This document shows positions 36,843 through 49,229 of a stretch of DNA of 64,000 nucleotides, one piece after another; position 1 is the stretch's first letter; each line of letters starts with the position of its first letter. A program made the translations under genes and the position numbers. The stretch lies in assembly GCF_009834535.1 (NCBI RefSeq), contig NC_045697.1, forward strand, positions 110,548,001 to 110,612,000. Reading direction: 5' to 3'. The DNA is from Camelus ferus. Taxonomy: Eukaryota. The notes under the pieces were generated by a model. It did no database searches. It had not been told where the DNA came from and saw only the letters and a list, made by a program, of their open reading frames with translations.

Positions 36843-37042
36843 ACTACAATTTCCGTCGCAGCTCAGTAAATAGTCTTTCCCCCGTTAGTGCTACCCTCTC
36901 TTCTGGGACTCCCAGCGTGCTTCCTTATACTTCAAGGCCTTGTTCTTATCCGAGCTATCCCTTGTCACCACCAGTGTCACTTGCTAATGGCAGCCATGTT
37001 GGACAGCGACTATATATCTCCAATCAGGCCTCATTCTTCTGA
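36843..37042 (+). CDS. RBM46: RBM46 last coding exon of the long 533-aa isoform (Ser/Pro-rich tail)
   Basis: Acceptor atttatttacag|ACTACAAT. Phase-1 join gives DYNFRRSSVNSLSPVSATLSSGTPSVLPY...NQASFF*. 151+468+783+200 = 1602 nt = 533 aa + stop, the length I recall for human RBM46. Confidence 0.93.
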
Positions 37043-37619
37043 AGAAAAATATTGTAAACAGGAGTATGAAAGTTTCTTTGTAAAGCATGCAAATTAAAAT
37101 ACTGTTTCATTTTAGAATCGGGTTTGCACATTTGGTTTTAAAATGATAATTACATATTTATTTCAACATAGTAAACATCAGTCACAATTCAGAAAAACCT
37201 ACAGTTGTAAAACTTGTACAAATGCTATGTTTAAAAAGTTACTCAGTGATTTTTCTTGATAAAGGTGTAACAAATGGCTATTCTTAAAATTCTGGGATTT
37301 TGAATACTTCTGATTCCTGAGTGGGTAATAGAACCCAGAAGTTTATGTTGAATTTTTGCATGATAACTTTGCTAAATAGCATTTCACAAATATTAAAGCA
37401 CTTGCAGACAGTGGTTACACTAGATTTGATTACCAAGGATCACTATCTGTATTAGAGTTTAGAACAATCATATAACCAGAAGCATCTAACTATTATGTAG
37501 AAAGGAATGAAGGGCAAAAAGATTAAGATGCAAATTTTATGCAATACTGAAGAAAAAGCAATCTACCATTGTGGTCCTTGAAAATAACTATAAATATTTT
37601 TGTTAATTATTTGTTATAG

Positions 37620-37625
37620 AATAAA
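37620..37625 (+). terminator. Candidate proximal polyadenylation signal AATAAA
   Basis: Canonical hexamer in the 3' UTR with U-rich sequence downstream. Confidence 0.4.
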
Positions 37626-37778
37626 TTGTAATTTTGCTGTTAATGTATTTGAGGTTTTTATAGTTACGCTTCATTTGTTTTTGATATTCACTGTATAGTT
37701 TGAGCAATAAGTGTTAAGTTTTTTAATGTTGAAATCATGTGTTGTTTAATTTTTGTACTTGAATTCAAATTCTTTGAC

Positions 37779-37784
37779 ATTAAA
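37779..37784 (+). terminator. Probable polyadenylation signal ATTAAA
   Basis: Followed after about 25 nt by a U/GU-rich downstream element (tgttttatttttgtttatttgt). Confidence 0.6.
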
Positions 37785-38639
37785 TATGTGATGCTTCTAA
37801 TATGCATATGTTTTATTTTTGTTTATTTGTATGCACAAAAAAAATTAGCTCTCACAGTTGCCTTGACTTTCTAGGGATAATTTCCCTTACTTGGTATCCA
37901 TTACAGACTCTGTGTCTTCATTGGGACCAAAGCAAAGGATACTGCAGAGAGAAAAATAAGTTTTGGGAAGCAGTAAAAAATCCTTTTCAGGATATTAATG
38001 AACCCAGTGACATTTCCCCCTTTTTCTTATGAATAGTTAATGAATCCAGGTCATTTTGACTGTTTAATAGTTTAGTGTCCATCTATAATAAATTTCTAAT
38101 GATGGTTTACATAATTGATAGAGCAAAAAATTGTCCACTGTTAGATACCAGACATTAACTTTGTTTATTGTATAGCTGTATGGGACAGAGAATTTTTCAT
38201 AAATAGAATATGAAATGATTGCAAATATTTTTTTCAACTAAAGCTTTTTCTAGCAAGAAGTTATTGGGGAGTAATTAAATGTCTCTTTTTTTTCCCATCC
38301 TGTAAAGAAGGCTCAGTCCATCTGACAATATGCATTACTTACCTGTCTAGGTTGCTGCCTAATTTAAATGAGCATAGACGCTGCACTTAACTAGCATTAC
38401 TTCTTTTCTGACACCTGATTTTGCATTTTAATTACTGTGACTCACAGGTTCATATCACTCCTTCAGCAAACATACAGTGAGTGTGTGTCAGCTGCTGTGG
38501 AAATAGCCTTGGGATGCAGAGGTGACTCGGATTCCAAACCCGAAGAAAAACAGATTAATTTTAGTTTTTCATGGAAATGTTTGGAATGGCCCAAATCATA
38601 TTTACAAGTTCCCACATAACTTTTTCACTTAAAACTATA

Positions 38640-38833
38640 CAGTTAACCCTTGAGCAATATGAGGTTTAACTGTGCACACCCACTTATACATGAATTTTTT
38701 TCAGTAAACCCATACTGTAGTCGTACGCTATCCAGGGCTGGCTGAATCCGCCAGTATGGAACAGTGGATATGAGAATTTCAACTACGTGGAGGGTGGGTA
38801 CCCCTAATCCCAGCGTTCTTCAAGGTTCAGCTG
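38640..38833 (+). mobile_element. Tigger2-derived MITE
   Basis: ta-cagttaacccttgagcaa ... ttcttcaaggttcagctg-ta TIRs with TA duplication. Confidence 0.75.
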
Positions 38834-39549
38834 TATATCTCAGACAATTCAGAGAGCTTACCAACCACAGAGTGCATTTGGAGATAGATAGTTAACATGG
38901 GAAATGTATAAGCTTTGGCCTCAGGTTTGGTTATCACTTCTGCCAAGTAACAGCTCTTTTAACTTGTACACAGTTTTTAATCTCTGAGCCATACTTTCAC
39001 TCTGTAAAATCATGATATAAATAAATCTTAACAATGTTAAAGATAAAATGCTTGCAAAGTAGAGGACTCAAATGGTAGCTGATATTCTTTAGGTATAACT
39101 ATATAAAGCATATAGTATTTATTTGTATTAGTTTTTCGTTTCTTCTGTCCCCTTCAACCAGAAATAAATCATATCAAGCAATGTCCCTTTTCTGTGATGT
39201 TGTGGCTGAGCAGTTAATTTTGTTCATACTGCATATGATACTTCACTTGGCTTGTGAACATACCTGCTAATTATTTGCTGCTTTACTCTTCGTATAGGCT
39301 GTATAATAAGAGATGGATCACAAGCCATTATTGGTAAGTTTCTTAGCTATATGGTATAGCTAATTGGGCAGGGAAACACTTCTAATGACAGCCCTTTGTC
39401 AAATTGTTCGCGCAACTTTGTGCAAGGGACTATGGCTGAGATGTGGTATATGTTCTGCTAAGTAGACCTGATCCATCTTGCATAAAATCCCTTGTAAACA
39501 TAAAGATCAGAAAGTTTAACCTTGCCTCTCTTTTCTAGTTTTTGTTTTA

Positions 39550-40350
39550 CAATATTGGAGTGTGAAAGATTTCCCTAACTGTGACTCAAAATCTAGGAGC
39601 CATAGTAGAAAAAGTTTGGTAAGTCCGATTTAAAAAGGAAGGCCTGCATGGCGAGAATACAATTAGGTTGTGTCAAAAGAAATGATAAACTTGAACAGTA
39701 ACTGCGAATCGTTTCACAAAGGGCTAATCTTTCAAGATATCGATAAAAAGATATCCACTCGAGAAAAATGGATAAAATGTATGAAGGCAGATGACAGATG
39801 TCCAGCCCTTAAACATAGAAAGATGCTTTATCTTACCCATAAGGGAAATGCAAGGTAAAAGCTCAGATTTGTAGCCATTTGAAAGGTTCATAAGTCATTG
39901 GGAAGCATTGAAGGAAATGGGCATTCTCATGCATTGCTGGTAGGATTATAAATTGATATAATTCATACAGAAAGCTGGCAACTACCGTCCAAAGTTACAA
40001 ATACTTAACTCATTTGACCCAGCAGTCCTACTTCTGGGATATACTTGCATTTGTGTGCCAAGTGATAGATATAAAAAATATATTCATTGAAATACTGTTT
40101 GTAACCCAAATACTCATCATTAGGGGATTGATTAAATACAATAATACATTTATTGGTGCATAGTAAGAAGTTGTACAAAAGAGTAAGAACAGTCTTTATT
40201 CCTAACATAGAGATAAGTGAAAAAGAGCAAGGTTCAGAAGTATATGTGTAAGATACTATGATGTGTTTTGGGTGAAGAGGTAAAAAACTTGTGCGTGCTT
40301 ATATTTGCACACCAAAATGTGGAAGGATAAGGAAAACTAAATGATTATGA
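39550..40350 (+). mobile_element. Old L1 (L1ME-like) fragment
   Basis: gcattctcatgcattgctggtaggattataaattg...tttgacccagcagtcctacttctgggata. Confidence 0.65.
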
Positions 40351-40559
40351 AGAAAGCATGTGAGATCACACTTTAAAAAATCTCTTTTCTCAGTGCAGTG
40401 AAAGCATTAATCTGTCATCTATCTAAATTTGTTTTTAGGTAAAAAGACATATAAGTGTTCTCAGAAACAAAATGAAGATCTCTCGTGGACCCTAATCTGA
40501 AGAAAAACACATTTGGAAAAGCTATACTGATCTATTTACTCAGTGACCAGAAGTTAATG

Positions 40560-40990
40560 GGTTTTAAGTAGGGAACTAGGGCAAAATAGACCCATGTGGT
40601 AAATACAGCAATGCGAGCTGCTATGTACTTCATCAGTTGTGATTCAGCGGGTCCAGTGTACTGGAAATGTGTCACCACTTGTGTGTGTGGCACATAAAAC
40701 CTCTGATCAGAAAAACAGCTAAGACCTCGGAGATCTGGGACAAAGCCATATTCTCTTAGGCAAATAATTCTCCTGAAATACAGCTCTTAGTGAGTGATTA
40801 GGGTTAGTAGAGACTGACCCTCATTAACTGAGTGTCGCTTCATTGCCAAGTGCGTGTTCAGCAGCACCGCTGTCAAGTGGAAACGGCATGAGGCAGTCTA
40901 AAGGACTCTCCGAGCCATGCTGCTGTCCTTGCTCACTTGTATTCTAGGGGATTCCTAAAGTCAGTTGGCTAAGGGGAAAAGAATTGAAAC
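40560..40990 (+). mobile_element. ERVL/MaLR internal pol remnant
   Basis: Broken frames resemble the ERVL RT-connection region: agacctcggagatctgggacaaagccata (like RPLGFWSKAM), aattctcctgaaatacagctctta (like YSPFEKQLL), ttagtagagactga (LVETE), cagcagcac...tcaagtggaaa (like QQHSIIKWK). Confidence 0.6.
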
Positions 40991-41171
40991 CTAGTATCCT
41001 AAGAATAATGGAACTCACCAAAAACCAAATCTCTTTACACATACCCTGGAAACTACAGAACAATATCAAGCAAATAGAGCCATACACGATCCACATTTTT
41101 AGCATAACTAAAGAACTACAGTTTGCAAATTATCTGTAAGTTAAGATATAGATATCAAATTCCAGAAGAGT

Positions 41172-42520
41172 TTTTAAATTATTATCAAGGTCAGTTTTAC
41201 ATATAACATTGTATTAGTTGCAGGTGTGTAACATAATGATTTGATATTTATGTATATTGTGAAATGATCACCACAATAAGTCTTAACACCCATCATCACA
41301 CATCGTTATAATTTTTTCTTGTCATGAGAACTTTTAAGATCTATTCTCTTAGCAACTTTCAAATGCACAATACAGTATTATTAACTATCATCACCATGCA
41401 CACATCTCATGATTGATTTATTTTATGGCTGGAAGTTTGTATTTTTTCACCCCCTTTTTATCCATTTCACCAATTCTCAGCCTCCATCTATTTGATTTTT
41501 GTATCTATGAGTTCCGATTTTTTGTTTAGTTTTTTGCTTTTAGATTCCATGCACGAGTTCATATAGTATTTACCTTTCTCTGTCTAACTTACTTCTCTTA
41601 GCATAATGCCCTTAAGGTTCATGTTGTCAGAAATGGCAAGATTTTCTTCTTTTTTATAGCTGAATAATTTGCCATTGTATGTGTGTGTCTCTCTCACACA
41701 CACACACACACACACATTTTCTTACACATTTTTCCATTATTGGACACAGGTTATTTTCACATCTTAGCTTTCCTGGCTTTTTAAATAATGCTACAGTGAA
41801 CATGGGGTACGGATATCTTTTCAAGATGGTGATTTTATTTCCTTTAGATAAACATCCAGAAGTGGCATTTCTGGATCATATGGTAGTTCTATTTTTAGTT
41901 CTATGAGGAACCTCTATACTGTTTTGTGTAGTGGCTGCAGCAATCTACATTCCCACCAGTGATGCTCAAGTGTTCCCTTTCCTCCACATCCTCATCCACA
42001 CGTGTTATTTCTTGTCTTTTTGATAATAGCTGTTCTAACAGGCATGAGGTGATAGCTTCTTGTGGGTTTGATTTGCATTCCTCTGATGATTAGTGATATT
42101 GAGCATCTTTTCATGTGCTTGTGACCATATGTATGTCTTCTTCGGAAAAGTGTCTGTTCAAATCTTCTGCCAATTTTAAACTGGATTGTTTGTTTTTATT
42201 GAATTGTGTGAGTTCTTTATATATTTTGGATATTGATCCCTTATCAGATATATGATTGTAAATACTTTCTCCCATTTGGTAGACTGCCTTTTCACTTTGT
42301 TGATGGTTTCCTTAGCTGTGCAGAAACTTTTTAATTTGATGTATCCCCACTTGTTTATTTGTGCTTCTGTTGCCTTTGCTTTTAGTGTCAAATCTAAAAG
42401 CTCATCACCAAGATCAATGTCAAGGAGCTTACTGCGTATGTTTCCTTCTAGGATTTTTATAGTTTCAGGTCTTAAGTTCAAGTCTGTAATTAATTTTGAG
42501 TTAGTTTTTGTGGATAGTAG
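41172..42520 (-). mobile_element. L1 (L1MA9-like) 3' UTR and ORF2 C-terminal remnant
   Basis: Minus-strand ORF 42176-42607 contains DLNLRPETIKILEGNIRSKLLDIDLGD...INKWGYIKLKSFCTAKETINKVKRQ, typical of L1 ORF2; (CA)n at about 41695-41717. Confidence 0.92.
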
Positions 42521-44909
42521 ATGGGGTGTGGAAACAGCAGACCAGGCTCCTGCCCCAGTGAGGTCATTGTTAAGGCTGAGCACCTGGCCTCTGTTTTTAG
42601 CTGACAAAACAAAAGTGACCTAGAGGTTGCACAGACTAAAACATGAGCTGGAGAAGTTGAGGGGTTCGTGGTGAAGTGCAAAGCATGCATGGTTAGAGCT
42701 GTGGGGTTGCGGATGAGTGTGGGGAGCAGAGAGGATGGTCAGCACATGTTTGCTGTGTGTGGTGGGGCAGTAGTGGTCCTGCACAGCGCAGTGGTTAAGA
42801 GAGGGGTGAGGCTATCTCAGCCTTCAGCACCTTTTTCCTGCCTCGCCTTACTGCCAAAATTCTACCCGTTAAGGCTCAACTCAGATACCACTTTCTCCAA
42901 AAGCCCTTCCTGATTCCAAGTTTGGACTTGATGTCTCTCCTCAGTTCATTGTTGGCATGTCTGTTTTACTGCTTAACCCTTCCGATTGGTTTGGAGCCCG
43001 CTGTGAACACGCCAGTCTCCACTTGTAAGCGGGAATCACCTGATAGTTTTGCGTCTTCCATTGAGGAGCACAGCCCCTAATGCATAGAAAGTGCCCAAGA
43101 ATTTATTGATTTAGTTGGAAAGTGACTCACATCCTATGCTGAAGCATCGGTGTGGTTAGTGGTAGACTTGAGAGCAGGCTCGGGGTCCCTCTTAGCGCGT
43201 TGTAGAGCACTTGCTAAGCACATTTTGCAAGGTCTGCTGTGATTGCCTTTTCCTCCTGGCCTTGATTTTCTGTGTTTAATTTTTATCTTACCTGATTGTA
43301 ATAAATCTAGTTTTCATAAATTTTCTCAACCTTCATGGAATAAGGCAAAATACAAATAAATTTTGAAAAAAGTCTACTTACGATAAATAATGAATATGCA
43401 CAACTTTCCTATTAAATGTGCCACACTGTGAAAAGGGGCCATCATAAAGGCAAATGATTGCTCCTAGATTCTCCAAGTGGTAGGACTAGGCTCTCAGTGT
43501 TTCGAATGGGTCTTGAGAAATCTTCAGAAGAAAAGGAAGCCTGCTATATATGTTTTGAAGTTTGCTAACCTGTAGGGATGGTGTGATCAGCATTTTATAG
43601 AACTCTTCTCTCATTTTTGTGCCTGCTTAAGTTTCTGAACAGGTCGTCTTGAGACTTGTTCTTGGAGCGATGGATGGGGCAAAAGCCAATGAATCCAGTA
43701 TAGATAAGCGATTAAGGAAATAAACTCAACTGATTTCTGTAACGGGTAAAACTAAAGTCAATCCAAGTGAAAGGACTAGATATTTAAGAAGGTTCAAGTT
43801 TGCATATAAATTTAGTGAAATTACAGGGCTCTAGTGGGCATAAACAATTTCACTGAACTGACCTTTAACATGTGTTTCTTTTATACATCTTCTTAAGCTG
43901 AATTTTTAATTCAGGAAAGCAGAAGAAATCTTGACAGTTGGTCTGAAATGGCAAACCAACCGCCATTTTTCATCGCCGTGAGTGAAGCTTTAGTTACCTA
44001 GTATAATTACTAATTATGTCAATTCAAGCGGATGCTTGGCTTCAGAGAAAGCAGTGCTCTCAGCAGCCCATGTTAGTGCATACACAACTTCAAAAATTGG
44101 TTCTATGGTGTGTTTTTTTAAAGTAAAATCTGCTTTGGTGAATGTCTCACTCTTCAAAACATTTAACTTGTAAATATATAGCTGCACTGGCTTTCTCTTT
44201 ACTGAAGGTATGTGTATAAGCAGATCTCCACGGTGTGTATAAAATGTGACAATAAAGTCATGAAGGATTATTGTAAACAATAGTTGTATTTGGATCTACT
44301 GTAGGGGCCATACAAGAAAAATTGATCTCATTATTTTGGTCACTTCTCATTTATAGCCTCAAACATTCAAGTTTGTTCAACTCATCCATCCCATTACTTC
44401 CAAATAACTTCTAGATTTTTCAGGAATTCCATCCATCATCAGTGGATTAATGCCATTGCTGGGACTAGCTTGAAGGCTGGATCTGTTTCTGACTCATCTT
44501 ATTGAATAACATGTTGTCTGGTTTATGGCAGATGCTCAACAAGTGAAAAACTGCATCTGAAGACATTCCTCAGGAATTCCTAAACTACTTCAGTGCAGAG
44601 AACTTGTCTCCAATTTCTGAGATGTCATATAGCTCAGTACTTATGGCCCACAACTGAATATCATACATAAGAAACCACATTCCATTTTGAGCTGGAAATG
44701 AAAACTCATTTATAGAAGTATTTCTACAACATGTGGAAAATTTAGGTGGAAATGAGTCAGAGTCAAAACAATATAATACCCAAACTTTTCAGTACTATAG
44801 TAATTTTTACTGTTCCATGTTCTTTAAAATGCATTATTTTATTTTGCATAATTCATATTGCATTGTCCTCTTAACAATCATGTAAGTCAAACAAAAAAGT
44901 TCAGGCACA

Positions 44910-45660
44910 GAAGGATCTAGGCTTTATGATAAAGACTAAAGTTAATGTAATTTATGGGGTGCTCAATAAAAAAATGAACATAACACTATATAAGAAAGAA
45001 TATTTGGAATGAGGAAAGAAATCACAATAAATCACAAACTTAAAATGATAAATACCATAATCATCCACAAAATCTAGAAGAATAACTTTTTATTAATAAG
45101 CTACCTGACACATATCTGTAGGACATTTTTCCCGTATTTCTGGCAGTATAATCTTTGTCTATTTATATGACAATATTTAATGTAATTTTCTAGAGATATC
45201 AGAAAGGTAATTCAATCTTTCTTTTAGCTTGTTTGATTATTGTTTTTTATGATTGATAGTTGGGAAGCATAAAATATGTGACTTCACACCCAGTTGCATT
45301 TGTACTTTGCAGACTGCTACAAGATTGTGCCCTAAAATCCAAGAATTCTGACAAATTCTATTTTGCATGATTCTTTTTTTATGCTTTTTAAATTGAAGTA
45401 TAGTCAGTTTACAGTAGTGTGTCAGTTTCCCACCCCTTCCCTCCCCCTGGTAACCGTAAGTTTGTTTTCTATGTCTGTGTGTCTGTTTCTGTTTTGTAAA
45501 TAAGTTTGTTTGTCTTTTTTTTTTTAAGAGAACTGCATGATTCTTAACATAAAAATATTTATGGCTCATTGATAAGTCTATACATTGGATTATAGAATAT
45601 ATTCCTAAAATAATACTATATTTTTATACGAACTAGAGCCATTTAAATAGTTATTCTGGA
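44910..45660. mobile_element. Possible hAT-Tip100 (Zaphod-like) remnant
   Basis: ggaatgaggaaagaaatcacaataaatcacaaactt...tattaataagctacctgacaca; recalled similarity only. Confidence 0.35.
45376..45533 (-). mobile_element. Short young L1 3'-end insertion with internal deletion and 12-bp TSD
   Basis: Perfect direct repeat tgcatgattctt at 45364-45375 and 45534-45545; body similar to the copy at 20092-20436. Confidence 0.85.
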
Positions 45661-45889
45661 AATTATACATGAATTAAATATTACAGACTTCACATCACGT
45701 AAAGATACAGAATTTGACTATTTGACTTCTTAGTTCTAAAGAAGTTTAAGATAGCCCTTATTGATGCATACAGGGCACCTTTATGAAACATATTTTAAAT
45801 AGATGAGAAAATGAGGTAAATGAAGACAAGGTTATGGAGAAGCCAAATAAGATTAAGAAGTGACTATAAACAAGGATAATATACTAATA

Positions 45890-46085
45890 ATCTAGGCTGA
45901 GGACACATGAATGCTGTATTAGCTGAGCAATTTCCTTAACCCCTCTGGTCTTTGTTTTCTTATCTGTAAAATGAGGACATTAGTGATATCTACCTCTAGA
46001 GTTCTTGTGGGTGGACTGACTCACTTACATGTAAGGTCCTTAGCACATAATTAGTACTTCATAGAACTGGCAATATTATTACTTA
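45890..46085 (+). mobile_element. MIR SINE
   Basis: gagcaatttccttaacccctctggtctttgttttcttatctgtaaaatgaggac. Confidence 0.75.
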
Positions 46086-46859
46086 GATTACGAGCTTCAA
46101 ACATTATTAAGGTTTATTACTGATTACTCCTTAAAATAATGATCAGCCGGTTTTTTACAGTGTAGTTTGTTCTGCTGTAATGTTTGAGGTTCTGCAGAGC
46201 AGTAGAACCAGAACAACCTACTACAGTGATCATTTTCCTTTGTGCTGTGGTAATAACCATGTGTATCTGTTTGAAATCAGCTAGAGGATTTGAGTTAGTT
46301 TGAAGCTGAATTTTGTTCTCTATCCACCAAATACTTTAAAATATACTCTTTAGTGGTTACCTGCATTCAGAAGTCAAATTTCAGAGACAAGGGAGGAGGC
46401 AGAGAGAGGCACAGAGGGAAAATGTGTGTCAGTGACTGGCTTATTCACTATTGTCACGGACGACTATTATTTGTCTTATGGTTTATTATTTCCTAGGATC
46501 TCTGACAACGTCTAATGTAAAGTATAGGCCCTCAATAAATATTTGTTAGGCTTGAATTTAGTGGTTGAGAATGTAAAACAAGAAAATGCTTGAACAGTTG
46601 TTCCGGTTTAAAAAAAAATCTATTTCTAGCCATCTTTTCCCAGACAGTTGAACACTTTATTAGCTTCTAATGCAGATACCGAAATAGGAAATTTCACAAT
46701 TAATTTTTTAAACTCATTTTATGGACTGATAATAAACTGCCTCTTCCAAAAGCTGTTTACGCTATGGGAGTAGAGGAGGCAAATCAAGAATAGGTACATT
46801 TCTGCCAGTTGCCCTGCCACTCCCAGACCATCTTCATCTACTTGGTCACAACTGGATCG

Positions 46860-47110
46860 CTGGCAGATCTGCTTTCCAGTTGGCAGGAAAGAATAAAGGG
46901 CCAAAGTCCCAGAAAGGCAGTTTGTGTATAAAAAGGAGATACCTGGAAGTTGTCCACTTTCCTTCCCCTCACTTCATCCCGTGGCCCACACTAAGTCCGT
47001 GGCCACGTCTGGCTGCAAAGGAGATGCAGAATTGCCATCCTTTACTGGGCAGCCATGTGCAAGGGAAGGGGAAAGCACAGATTTTGAAGGTTAGTATAGT
47101 CTGTCACATT
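46860..47110. mobile_element. MaLR LTR fragment (MLT1-like)
   Basis: cacttttccttcccctcacttcatcccgtggccc...ggccacgtctggctgcaaaggagatgcagaattg. Confidence 0.5.
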
Positions 47111-47539
47111 GGGTATGACCATTTTAAGCAGCATCAGTGATTTTTGAACTAGAATTTCTCAAAATGCTATGAGACTTTTTCTCTTCTTTAGGTAGTAAAG
47201 CTTTAGCATATTAAAAAATAAATTCTCAAGTGAATGCCAACATAGATCTGAGCATCTCTGTGGGAACAGAGACAGACTGCTATGTAAGAAAGAAATAAAT
47301 CATTTCCATTCAACTGTCTGTATTGGGATACTTTTGTTAGAATAGTTTAGTGTTTACCTTAAGAAATTCAGAAATTGGTACCCGGGGACAGTGTCCCGTC
47401 ATAACAAAAAATGATAATGTGTTGCGTACTAGTGGGAAAGTGGCTGGTGATGAGAAAGATACTGCAGGCTGGAATGCCCTTGAACATTTGTCATCATGTA
47501 ATAAAACCTTTGGTAAAATGGTCTATTTTAAAAAAAAAA

Positions 47540-48420
47540 AATAAAGTCTTTTAGCAAACTAGGAATAGAAGGTAGCATTCTTATTCTCTAAAATAACTAA
47601 TGCTAACGTCACACTTGGTGAAATGCTGAATTCTTTCCTTTGTGATCAAGCAAAGGACAAGCATGTTTACTACCACCACTTGCACCCCACACTTGACTCA
47701 AGGCTCCGGTGAGTTCGATAGGGCTAGAAAAAGAAATAAAAGGTACAAGGATTAGAAGGAAGAAACACAGCTGGTATTATTCACAGTCTTGCGAGAGTTT
47801 GCAAAGACAACCTACGTACATTGAATTGTACAAAGTTACCATTCATGAAAGCATCAAAAATATGAAGCACTTTGGAATAAATCCAGCAAAATAAGTGCCA
47901 GGCTTCTACAAGTACTCTTAAGATACTTTTATTGAAAGAATCCTATATAAATGGAGAACTAAGTATTGTTCATAAAATGGAAGACCAAGTATTGTTCATG
48001 ACAATTCATTTGGCGAGTCAGTGCCATTGGAATCAAAGTCGGTGCTTTGTGTGTGACTTGGCAAGCTCAGTCTAAGATTTATACAGTATACAGAAGGCCA
48101 GGCTTGTCCTGAAGGAGAGCAGGTTGGAAGGATTTGCTCACTAGCTGTCAAAAACTTTTTGACAGTCTAGTAACTAAGGCAGCTTGATATTGGTGTAAAG
48201 ATAGATGAGCCAGTGGAATGCACTAGAGAGCCCAGAATCACATGCACACGTGTACGGGTACTTGATATGTGACAGAGGCAGATCAGGGAAGAAGAAATTT
48301 TTTATTATTTACTAAATAATAAATAAATGATGCTGAGACAATTCAGTATCCATGTGAAAAAATATAAAACTTGATCCTACTTCATCTCATTCATAAGAAA
48401 ACAATTCCAAGTAGAGTAAC
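47540..48420 (+). mobile_element. Old L1 ORF2 remnant
   Basis: agcaaactaggaatagaagg...ggctagaaaaagaaataaaaggtacaaggattagaagg...gagagcccagaatca...aaatgatgctgagacaatt. Confidence 0.75.
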
Positions 48421-49229
48421 TCTTTCCATATGATTCCAGGAGGCAAACTTTAAACACTGAAATATCTCTGAAACTAGAATGTTTTCACAATCAATGACAT
48501 ATCATAGTTTACTGAGCAATAGTCTTTCTTCTTTGTGTGTTGAAAAAATCATTGGTGGGTCTTATATTTGATGAGGATTTAGGTTCAGTGGAATACGGTG
48601 TAACAGTTGGGGTTTGGTCAGGAAAATAAGAGTCAAAATTCCAAGAATAAAACATTTTAATACAGGGAGTTAGAAGCTTCCACAACCAGTGGAATGGCTA
48701 AGGGAGTGAAGAGCAGGGAAGTTGTCACTGCCAACCTTACCCATCAGTGCTTGAGAGCTCACCTGTAGGCGGCTGTAAACCTCAGGACCCTCCAAGAAGT
48801 TATTGATCACTCCCTCAGCCTGAAGCATCTCAGAAAACCACAAGCAGTGATCTCAGATACCTAGAGTACCCAACTGCTTAATTTGAAGATGTGCTTTCCT
48901 ATGACCCTCTGAGGCTCTTACCCAAGTATTATAAGTATTATAAGAAAGGGATACGCTTAAGCTAAAATTTGGTTTCGATTGTGTGTTATGTGTATACTGG
49001 GAAGAATGTAAATAGCATATCTAACTTGCTTCCTAACTGATACATTTCTGGGCCTGAGGAGCCACTCTGGACCAGATGGGGAAGCTGCTAATTACTCAGG
49101 GATCCTGAATTTTGAGCTGGCTGCAGAAACTGGATGGGACTTTGAATATTTTCCCTTGGGAGAAGGGCGGTGTGTTGTATGTGTAGGTAAAATGATGTGT
49201 AGGATACTTGGGTGGACAGATGAGCAGAC

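Larger units (their letters stand above)
37043..37800 (+). other. RBM46: RBM46 3' UTR (AU-rich, end approximate)
   Basis: Follows the stop codon, has no recognisable repeats, and contains AATAAA (37620) and ATTAAA (37779) followed by a U/GU-rich tract. Confidence 0.7.

Noticed and set aside
43790..43866. Imperfect inverted repeat (ttagtgaaatt ... aatttcactgaa)
   Set aside because: The stem is short and AT-rich, as expected by chance, and is not pre-miRNA-like.
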